Virus record (IMG/VR): IMGVR_UViG_3300005077_000096
Coordinates: 1 to 26,835 of that record
Source: a virus
Taxonomy: Duplodnaviria > Caudoviricetes
Reading direction: 5' to 3' (one strand)
Length of the DNA: 26,835 nt
Position numbers and translations under genes: made by a program. Shown piece by piece: positions 1 to 6,925 of the stretch (the first letter of the stretch is position 1; each line of letters begins with the position of its first letter). The notes under the pieces were generated by a model that did not search any database, was not told the DNA's origin, and saw only the letters and a program-made list of their open reading frames with translations.

Positions 1-246
1 GTTACGCTCACCATGCGTCCACGCCAAAACCCCGGTGCAAACTACAGCGAAGCCGCTACTCCAACGGTAACCAGCACTCAGAACTACCAAAATGAGCGGT
101 ACTACGAGGTACAGCAGTTCACTCAGATCGTCTATGTTCGGGTTCGTGGGCGCCAGATGGCGTTCAAGATTAGTTCGACCGGGCTCGGCGTAGCATGGCA
201 GTTGGGTGTGCCTCGTATGGATGTCAAACCTGATGGACGTCGCTGA
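1..246 (+). CDS. C-terminal fragment of tail/DNA-stabilisation protein (P22 gp10-like), truncated by window edge
   Basis: Frame is open from base 1 (GTT ACG CTC ACC ATG...). Ends ...VRVRGRQMAFKISSTGLGVAWQLGVPRMDVKPDGRR, a C-terminus I recognise from gp10-like proteins of environmental podoviruses. Its stop overlaps the next start (TGATG, 244-248). Confidence 0.65.
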   Translation, partial: VTLTMRPRQNPGANYSEAATPTVTSTQNYQNERYYEVQQFTQIVYVRVRGRQMAFKISSTGLGVAWQLGVPRMDVKPDGRR

Positions 247-1130
247 TGGCTACTCCTAAGAAAATTGGGCAGCTTATTGCCCCGCAACAACCCGCGCTTC
301 CACTAGCTCCTGATGAGTATTCACGGCAGTACGGGGATCAGCTCAACAACATTTTGCGCTTGTACTTCAACCAGTTGAGTAACGTGCTACAGGAGATTAT
401 TGTGAGTAATCAGATACCCTTCTACAACCAAGTAGCCCAAGGTCTTGTGCCGGGGTATAGTTCTTTTTCAGTGTTTGGCTATAACCCAGATGTCGATCAG
501 ACAGAGGAAAGTGTTTGGCCAGATGGGGGCATGGTGCCCAATCCGACTTCAGCCGCTCAGTTAACGGTGGTTTCGACGTCGACTTCGGATGACGGCTCCC
601 CTGCAGGTGTTGGAGCTCAGACTGTTTATATCGAAGGGGTAGATGGCAACTACGCGGTTGTAAGCGAAACGATAACGCTGAACGGCACAACAGGTGTGAC
701 AACAACCAAGTCCTATCTTTACATCAATCAGTTTTATGTGGTGACTGTGGGCTCTAGCAGCGCTAACGTTGGAGAAATCACAATCAAACAAGGCGCTACT
801 CTGTATGACATTATCGCCGTTGGCAGTAACAGCCGCACAACAGGCCACTACTGCGTACCAGCAGGCTACACCGCTTATCTGAGTACAGGTATATTTTCCT
901 GCGGGCAAGCCTCTGGCACGACAGCGGTAACTGGATACTTGAAGTCGCGCGGTCCGGATAATATTACTCGGGTGCTTGCTGTGACCACAATAAATAACGG
1001 CACTGCCCAGTACGACTTTGTAAACCCCGTACGTATCCCAGAAAAGACATGTATTGAAGCTACGGCAATTGGCGCCGCAAACAATAACAGCACGTCTTCT
1101 ATGTTCAACATTCTGCTGGTACAAAATTGA
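246..1130 (+). CDS. Virion/tail-associated protein, 294 aa: short helical N-terminal module plus beta-rich T/S/G/V C-terminal domain
   Basis: TGATG coupling to the upstream gene. N-terminal PALPLAPDEYSRQYGDQLNNILRLYFNQL module at the gp26/tail-needle position. The remainder is Thr/Val/Gly-rich, as in beta-sandwich virion proteins. Confidence 0.6.
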   Translation: MATPKKIGQLIAPQQPALPLAPDEYSRQYGDQLNNILRLYFNQLSNVLQEIIVSNQIPFYNQVAQGLVPGYSSFSVFGYNPDVDQTEESVWPDGGMVPNPTSAAQLTVVSTSTSDDGSPAGVGAQTVYIEGVDGNYAVVSETITLNGTTGVTTTKSYLYINQFYVVTVGSSSANVGEITIKQGATLYDIIAVGSNSRTTGHYCVPAGYTAYLSTGIFSCGQASGTTAVTGYLKSRGPDNITRVLAVTTINNGTAQYDFVNPVRIPEKTCIEATAIGAANNNSTSSMFNILLVQN

Positions 1131-1136
1131 GACCCA

Positions 1137-1145
1137 TGATAGACT
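1137..1145 (+). promoter_or_regulatory. Possible extended -10 promoter (TG-A-TAGACT) in the gap upstream of the 723-aa gene
   Basis: TGnTAnnnT pattern in a 43-nt intergenic gap, ~30 nt before ATG 1174. No convincing -35. Confidence 0.3.
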
Positions 1146-1173
1146 CAACCAACCCCTTTTCTGTGAGGCAACA

Positions 1174-3345
1174 ATGAGCCTTGAACTAGCTGCAAAACAC
1201 CTAGCCGCGCAAGGTCGCGGCAAAGACCGTAATCTTGTTCACATGACCGACCGCGAAGTGGCTGGTCTGCAAGCGCTTGCTATGGCTCAAGGCGGCTCTT
1301 TGACTATTAACCCCGAGACTGGCCTGCCCGAAGCAGGTTTCCTTGACAGCTTGTTGCCTTCTATTATTGGTTTTGGCGCTTCTGCTTTGACTGGTGGGGC
1401 AATCAACCCCATGACTATCGGTCTTTTGACGGGTGTCGGCACCGCAGCTATCTCTGGCGATCTCAGTAAAGGCTTGATGGCAGGTCTTGGCGCTTATGGT
1501 GGCGCGGGGCTTGGTGCTGGTCTGATTGGTGCCGGTACGCCCGGCGGCACGGTTTTGGGTGAAGCTGCTGGACTCGGCACCCCTGCACAGCCTATGTTTA
1601 CTCAGACTCCTGTTGCACAAGCCGCACAGGCAGCGCAGAGCGCACCTTTTGATTTGAGTTCGATGGGTACCGTTGGAGGCGGGGCTACACAGGCCCTACC
1701 TAACGCATTGACCGCTCCTACATATAGTGGGCAAATTATGCCTGCTACCCCTGCTGTTCAAGCAGCGCAGGCTGTACCGACAGTGACCCCTACACCTGAA
1801 ATCGCGATGCCTCCAGCAAGCGAACTAAACGCTCAAGGTGTGGCACGTCTTGCACGTCAGAGCACTGCCCCTGTGACTATGCCTCCAGTTGGAGAAACCA
1901 TGAAGGCCAGTTTGGGCGCTGTTGCTAAGAACCCCATGGATTTCATGACCAAAGAAAACGCCATGTATGGTCTGGCCGCAGCTGCGCCTATGTTGATGGC
2001 TGCTCCTGAGACTACTGAACCTGAAAAAGACACGGAGCAGTACAAATACATCTATGACCCGGGACGTGTTGCCGATCCGGAGTCGACCCGCATGGGGGGT
2101 CCTTCTAGTGAGTTGACTTATTTCCGCCCACGTTACACCCGCACCGCTGCATCTGGCGGTTTGATGGCTTTGGCTGACGGCGGACAAATTACAATGACAG
2201 GTACTTTTAGTACAGAGGGGGGTAACTCCTCTAGCGGCATACCGCTACCATCAAACAGCAACCAAACTCCGCTTTTCAGTGGACAAAACAGCGCACTGCC
2301 CCAACGCCCTACATACGAGCAGTATATGGCGCAGCGTAATCCTATGCAGCACAATGTTCCTCTTAGCCGAGAGCAGTACAACAGTATGCCTAACTTGGGC
2401 GCGATGATTCAACCAAATACTGCCCCGATTAGTTTCAGTGGCTCCGGCGGTATTGGTGGGCAGTTGTTTGCCGAAGGCGGCGAGGTTGATAACGAAGTCA
2501 TTGAGTATGAGTACGACCCGTTGACCAAGACATACAAAAAGAAAGTAGCCCCTGTGGCTGCAGGCGCCGTTGCGCCTATTACTAGTTCTACAACATCTGG
2601 CAGCTCCACGATGACGCCTCTGTCTAAAGAGCAAGAAGCCTATCTTGATTGGGAAGCTAACACCGCCGAAGGCAACGCAGCCCGTGATAACCGGATGCAG
2701 AATATCAGCAACGCGATTTCGTTGGCAATGCCCGGAGCAAGTCTCTTCAATGCGCTCTCAGGTAAGCCCACACCCCTGCCAAGCCTACAAGCCATTTTTG
2801 GCACACCAGACGCATACCGTCAGTATCAAGCAGCCGTAGCTAGCGGTGCGCGTCCAGCCGCAGTGGGCCCAACTTATTCTGGATATGTCACTGATAGTTC
2901 AGGCAATGTTGTCCGTTCTGGTGACGGTAGCCCTGTGTCTTACGGCGAGTCTGGCGGTTGGGCTAACACTGCTGCAGATAACTCAAACCGTTCAGACCCC
3001 GGCGCAGTGGGCAGTATTGCGGATACCGCGGGGGATAAAGCAGGCGGTCGTATTGGCGACAAGCCCCACCATAAACCTCAACAAGGTCGTTTCCTCGAAG
3101 GCCCCGGTGATGGCGTATCTGACTCTATCCCTGCAACCATCAATGGTACGCAGCCTGCCCGCCTAGCTGACGGTGAGTTTGTGATCCCTGCACGCATTGT
3201 GTCTGAACTGGGTAACGGCTCGTCTAAAGCTGGCGCACGTAAGCTCTACGCCATGATGGACCGCATCCAGAAAGCCCGCAGCAAAACTACAGGCAAAGGC
3301 AGAGTAGCAGCCAACACAAAAGCTGAGAAATACTTGCCAGCATGA
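1174..3345 (+). CDS. Virion-module protein, 723 aa, low complexity, with several A-x-G-G motifs and a C-terminal 'GPGDGVSDSIPA...ARLADGEFVIP' domain (putative internal virion/processing protein)
   Basis: Start re-assigned from 1054 to ATG 1174 (GAGG at 1165-1168; avoids overlap with the upstream gene). N-terminal GRGKDRNLVHMTDREV...LTINPETGLPEAGFL motif, then a Gly-rich hydrophobic segment, an A/P/T/Q-rich linker and a compact C-terminal domain. Confidence 0.75.
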   Translation: MSLELAAKHLAAQGRGKDRNLVHMTDREVAGLQALAMAQGGSLTINPETGLPEAGFLDSLLPSIIGFGASALTGGAINPMTIGLLTGVGTAAISGDLSKGLMAGLGAYGGAGLGAGLIGAGTPGGTVLGEAAGLGTPAQPMFTQTPVAQAAQAAQSAPFDLSSMGTVGGGATQALPNALTAPTYSGQIMPATPAVQAAQAVPTVTPTPEIAMPPASELNAQGVARLARQSTAPVTMPPVGETMKASLGAVAKNPMDFMTKENAMYGLAAAAPMLMAAPETTEPEKDTEQYKYIYDPGRVADPESTRMGGPSSELTYFRPRYTRTAASGGLMALADGGQITMTGTFSTEGGNSSSGIPLPSNSNQTPLFSGQNSALPQRPTYEQYMAQRNPMQHNVPLSREQYNSMPNLGAMIQPNTAPISFSGSGGIGGQLFAEGGEVDNEVIEYEYDPLTKTYKKKVAPVAAGAVAPITSSTTSGSSTMTPLSKEQEAYLDWEANTAEGNAARDNRMQNISNAISLAMPGASLFNALSGKPTPLPSLQAIFGTPDAYRQYQAAVASGARPAAVGPTYSGYVTDSSGNVVRSGDGSPVSYGESGGWANTAADNSNRSDPGAVGSIADTAGDKAGGRIGDKPHHKPQQGRFLEGPGDGVSDSIPATINGTQPARLADGEFVIPARIVSELGNGSSKAGARKLYAMMDRIQKARSKTTGKGRVAANTKAEKYLPA

Positions 3346-3743
3346 TCGAGATCATCAACCCCGCACATGTGAATCGTGTTTGGCCGATGGCTGAACCCTT
3401 CATTGAAGAGGCGCTTGTCTATTCTTGCGGGGACTATACGCTTGATCAAGCTAAGACATTGGTAGCGGTGGGTGCGTGGACACTGTTAGTTTCTGTAGAT
3501 GAAGCTGGCATAAACGGCGCAGCCACTGTATCATTTAGCAACCGTCCGGATGACCGGGTCGCTTTTATTACTGCCATGGGCGGTAAGTTTGTTGTTAACC
3601 AAGAGTCCGTCGATACGCTCAAGCACGTGCTAGGGTCTGTCGGCGCAACATGTATTGAAGGCGCAGTACGGGATTCCGTCGAGCGCCTGTTGTCACAGCA
3701 CGGATTTACGCCCAAGTACCGGGTCGTAGGAGTAAAAATATGA
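3342..3743 (+). CDS. GNAT-fold (acetyltransferase-like) virion assembly protein, P22 gp14 / T7 gp13 position
   Basis: 133 aa with ATGA overlaps at both ends. Pattern RVAFITAMGG...GATCIEGAVRDSVERLLSQHGF resembles GNAT motifs A/B. Sits directly before the ejection-protein genes. Confidence 0.6.
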   Translation: MIEIINPAHVNRVWPMAEPFIEEALVYSCGDYTLDQAKTLVAVGAWTLLVSVDEAGINGAATVSFSNRPDDRVAFITAMGGKFVVNQESVDTLKHVLGSVGATCIEGAVRDSVERLLSQHGFTPKYRVVGVKI

Positions 3744-5311
3744 GCGGCGGTTCATCATCTACGCAATCAAGCACGCAAGTCGTTGACTTACCCGAATGGG
3801 CAAAACCGTACGCCAAGGAATCCCTTGGTAAAGCCTCTGCGCTGACAGACACGGAACAAAACCCGTACCAAGCGTATGGTGGGGAACGTCAAGCTGGGTT
3901 TACTCCTTTGCAACAAAGTGCGTTTCAGGGGGCGGCGGCTATGCAGCCTTCGGCAGAACTCGGTCAAGCTGGCGGTATTGCGAACATCGCTGCGCTAGGT
4001 GCTTTGGGTACAGGGTATAACGCCGCACGTCCCACTAACTTCTACCGCTCAATTCCCGGTTACGACGCACAAACATACGGCAACCAATTCCAAGCCCCGG
4101 GTCAGTACCAAACGGGTCAGTTTACTAGCGGCTACGAGGCCCCTCAAGGTTTTGAGTCTCGCGAATACGCCAACATGTTCCAAGCTCCGGGGCAGTACCA
4201 GACTGGCGAGTTCGGTACACAAAGCTTCACGCAGCCGGGTGCAGCAGAATCGTATATGAGTCCCTACATGCAGAATGTAGTGGATATTCAAAAACGTGAA
4301 GCCCAACGTGCTTCAGACGTCCAGCGCACACAAGATCTTTCCGCAGCCACTAAATCAGGTGCTTTTGGTGGAGGTCGTCAAGCTATTATCGAAGCTGAGC
4401 GTCAGCGCAACCTATCTCAGCAGTTGGGGGATATTCAGGCTACAGGCTCGCAAGCAGCGTTCCAAGCCGCGCAGGCGCAGTTCAACCAAGAACAACAAGC
4501 ACGTCAAGCAGCACAACAAGCTTTGGAGCAATCACGTCAGTTTGGCGCGGGTCAAGGTCTTACTGCCGCACAGGCAGCCGCACAGTATGGTTTGGCTGGA
4601 CAGCAGCTCGGCTCGCAAGAGCGTCAGTTCGGCTATGGGCAAGGCATGACGGCTGCGGATCTTGCAGCTAAGTACGGACAAAGCGCACAACAAGCTCTGG
4701 AGCAATCTCGTCAATTTGGCGCAGGGCAGGGCATGACTGCTGCACAAGCGGCAGCACAATACGGTCTCTCAGGACAACAACTCTCCGAGCAAGCCAAGCA
4801 GTACGGGTATGGTCAAGCAGCTAACCAAGCACAGTTGGCGGCTCAGTACGGTCTATCTGGTGCGCAGTTGGCTGAGCAGTCTCGCCAATACGGCGCTGGC
4901 TTAGGTCTGCAGGGACTTCAAACTGCGCTTACTGGTGCAGGTCAGTTGGCCAATATCGGTCAGCAGGGCTTTGCTCAACAGATGGACATCAACAAGCTGC
5001 AGCAACAATACGGCACGCAGCAACAAGCGCAAGAGCAGGCGGGTATGGATATCGCCTATCAGGACTTCCTCAACCAACAACGCTACCCCTATCAGCAGTT
5101 GGAGTTCATGTCGAACATCCTGCGCGGTACCCCAATGGGAACAACTACTTCTTTGTACGCGCCTACTGCCTCTCCTCTGTCTCAGTTGGCCGGTGCGGGC
5201 ACCGCGTTGTATGGCGCGAGCCAGTTGATGAAAGACGGCGGCGAAGTTCAAGCAAAAGACAGAAACGCTCGAGGCGCTGGGTTGGCTGACTTGGCTCTCT
5301 CAAAGATGTGA
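3740..5311 (+). CDS. Putative ejection/DNA-transfer (pilot-like) protein, 523 aa, Gln/Ala/Gly-rich with internal repeats
   Basis: GGAG RBS. N-terminus MSGGSSSTQ..LPEWAKPY; YMSPYMQNVVD and GAFGGGRQAIIEAE motifs; Q-rich helical repeats; P22 gp7-like position after the GNAT gene. Confidence 0.7.
   Translation: MSGGSSSTQSSTQVVDLPEWAKPYAKESLGKASALTDTEQNPYQAYGGERQAGFTPLQQSAFQGAAAMQPSAELGQAGGIANIAALGALGTGYNAARPTNFYRSIPGYDAQTYGNQFQAPGQYQTGQFTSGYEAPQGFESREYANMFQAPGQYQTGEFGTQSFTQPGAAESYMSPYMQNVVDIQKREAQRASDVQRTQDLSAATKSGAFGGGRQAIIEAERQRNLSQQLGDIQATGSQAAFQAAQAQFNQEQQARQAAQQALEQSRQFGAGQGLTAAQAAAQYGLAGQQLGSQERQFGYGQGMTAADLAAKYGQSAQQALEQSRQFGAGQGMTAAQAAAQYGLSGQQLSEQAKQYGYGQAANQAQLAAQYGLSGAQLAEQSRQYGAGLGLQGLQTALTGAGQLANIGQQGFAQQMDINKLQQQYGTQQQAQEQAGMDIAYQDFLNQQRYPYQQLEFMSNILRGTPMGTTTSLYAPTASPLSQLAGAGTALYGASQLMKDGGEVQAKDRNARGAGLADLALSKM
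4076..4213 (+). repeat. Coding duplication with 90-bp period (YGNQFQAPGQYQTGQF / YANMFQAPGQYQTGEF)
   Basis: Copies start at 4076 and 4166. DNA similarity is visible (ttccaagccccgggtcagtacca vs ttccaagctccggggcagtacca). Confidence 0.85.
4511..4900 (+). repeat. Coding tandem repeat: ~4.5 units of 29 aa (87 bp), with a 58-aa higher-order period
   Basis: Units: AQQALEQSRQFGAGQGLTAAQAAAQYGLA / GQQLGSQERQFGYGQGMTAADLAAKYGQS / AQQALEQSRQFGAGQGMTAAQAAAQYGLS / GQQLSEQAKQYGYGQAANQAQLAAQYGLS / GAQLAEQSRQYGAG. Units 1 and 3 start at 4511 and 4685. Confidence 0.9.
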
Positions 5312-5319
5312 GGCTGTAA

Positions 5320-6897
5320 ATGATCAACGTAAACCAACTCACCGCTAAGCTAGCCAGCCTCTCTGATCAAGCACTGCAGCAGTACGCGCAGATGCACAAA
5401 GAAGACCCCTACGTCATGGCGTTGGCTGTGTCCGAGTCAGGTCGTCGCAAGGCAATGCGCAACGCGCAGCAAGCGCAGGCTGCTGGGCAAGAACAACCCA
5501 AAGTAGCCGACCAAGAGATTGCCGGTATGGCTGCGCCCATGCCTGAAGATGTGGGCATCGCTCAACTGCCTGCTGGAGACATGGACTTTGCCGATGGCGG
5601 CATCGTGGCGTTTGCGGATGGTGGTGTGATGCCTCAGTATGGAGGCCCTTATGGTGGCGGGCGTATTCTGCCGGATACAACTGGTTATGAAGGCAAAACG
5701 CTTGGCGACCTGTATGACTACATCGTTGAAGGCGGCAAACGCTTGCACAAGTCTGGCACTTACGAAGAGCGTCAAAGGCTCGCTAAAGAAGCTGCCGCTG
5801 CCAAAGCCCAAGAAACCGCTGCAGACAACCGCACGCTTTTAAACAAGGCCGATGCTGATCTGCGCTCCGTACGGTATTTGGGCGGAGATGTTCAAGGCGC
5901 TGATGGTACACAAGGCGCGGGTGGTGCGGGTACTGGAGCAGGTACTGGAGCGGGTGTTGATATGGGCGGTGCAGGCGTTGTACCTAGTGCTGGCCAAGGA
6001 GTAGCTATTCCAAGTGCCATGACCCAAGCGGGTATTGAGGCCGCATACAAGCAGCCGTCGATTGCTGACTACGAGAACAAAATGACAGAAGCCGCTAAAG
6101 CTGAAGTGGCGGCAGAGCAGGGTATCTTGGATTTGTTCAGGAAACAGCGAGAAGAACTGGGCGAGTTTGGTGCTGGACGTGAAGCCCGCCTGAAAGAGCG
6201 CGAAGGCAAGCTGGCTGAAGATACCGCTAAAAATAAAGGCTTGGCGATTTTCCAAGCCGGTCTGGCAATGATGGGCGGTGAGTCTCCCAATGCGTTTGCC
6301 AATATCAGCAAAGGCGCGATTGCGGGACTGGCGCAATACTCAAGTGGACTTGAAAAACTCAGTGCGCGTCAAGAGAAACTGTTTGACGCCTACGATGCGC
6401 TGGAAGAAGCTCGCCGTTCTGAAAAGGTGTTGACTCAGGGACAAGAACGTGACTTGATGGGCAATGTCCGTAGAGCCGAAGCCAAGATTAAGAGCGTTGC
6501 GGCAGGCATTGCCGGTAAGCAGTTTGATATGGCTGAAAACCGCGCTAACAAGATTGGCGACGCAGTCTTGCAAAATGCTCGCACTATGTATGAACAGCAG
6601 CAGGCAACCCAGCGAAACGCGGCAACTATCAGCGCTACGCTATCTACACCTGAACGCCAAGCTTTTGCAAGTCTCCTGAAAAAGCACAAAGGCGATGCGG
6701 GCGCAGCGTACAGTGAGCTGCAAAGCCTTAAAGACGAGTCCAAGGGCACTATCACTCGTGAGGTGGCCCTCAAAGAATGGAACGACAACGCCCTGAGTAT
6801 TCAAGCGCAGTATCCAAATGTGAAGACATTTGATGATTATTGGACTATACTTAGCGGCAGTAACTCGGGGTTCAAAGTTCTGGGTCCGGAGAAATAA
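5320..6897 (+). CDS. Putative ejection/internal virion protein, 525 aa (P22 gp20-like position)
   Basis: GAGG RBS. FADGGIVAFADGG motif, Gly-rich linker, coiled-coil-like region and hydrophobic GLAIFQAGLAMMGGESPNAFANISKGAIAGL segment. Lies between the pilot-like gene and the giant gene. Confidence 0.7.
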   Translation: MINVNQLTAKLASLSDQALQQYAQMHKEDPYVMALAVSESGRRKAMRNAQQAQAAGQEQPKVADQEIAGMAAPMPEDVGIAQLPAGDMDFADGGIVAFADGGVMPQYGGPYGGGRILPDTTGYEGKTLGDLYDYIVEGGKRLHKSGTYEERQRLAKEAAAAKAQETAADNRTLLNKADADLRSVRYLGGDVQGADGTQGAGGAGTGAGTGAGVDMGGAGVVPSAGQGVAIPSAMTQAGIEAAYKQPSIADYENKMTEAAKAEVAAEQGILDLFRKQREELGEFGAGREARLKEREGKLAEDTAKNKGLAIFQAGLAMMGGESPNAFANISKGAIAGLAQYSSGLEKLSARQEKLFDAYDALEEARRSEKVLTQGQERDLMGNVRRAEAKIKSVAAGIAGKQFDMAENRANKIGDAVLQNARTMYEQQQATQRNAATISATLSTPERQAFASLLKKHKGDAGAAYSELQSLKDESKGTITREVALKEWNDNALSIQAQYPNVKTFDDYWTILSGSNSGFKVLGPEK

Positions 6898-6925
6898 TCA
6901 CTGCTAACTGCTTTTTGGAGGCTAC

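Noticed and set aside
1054-1173. 40-codon N-terminal extension given by the ORF track
   Set aside because: Overlaps the upstream gene. ATG 1174 has an RBS and starts the recognisable motif.
5926-5955. 12-bp tandem repeat (ggtactggagc[ag])
   Set aside because: Only ~2.5 copies encoding a GAGT linker; ordinary low-complexity expansion.
6823-6851. AAGACA-N17-TATACT as an internal promoter for the giant gene
   Set aside because: Lies within coding sequence with a weak -35; could be chance. Not supportable without TSS data.
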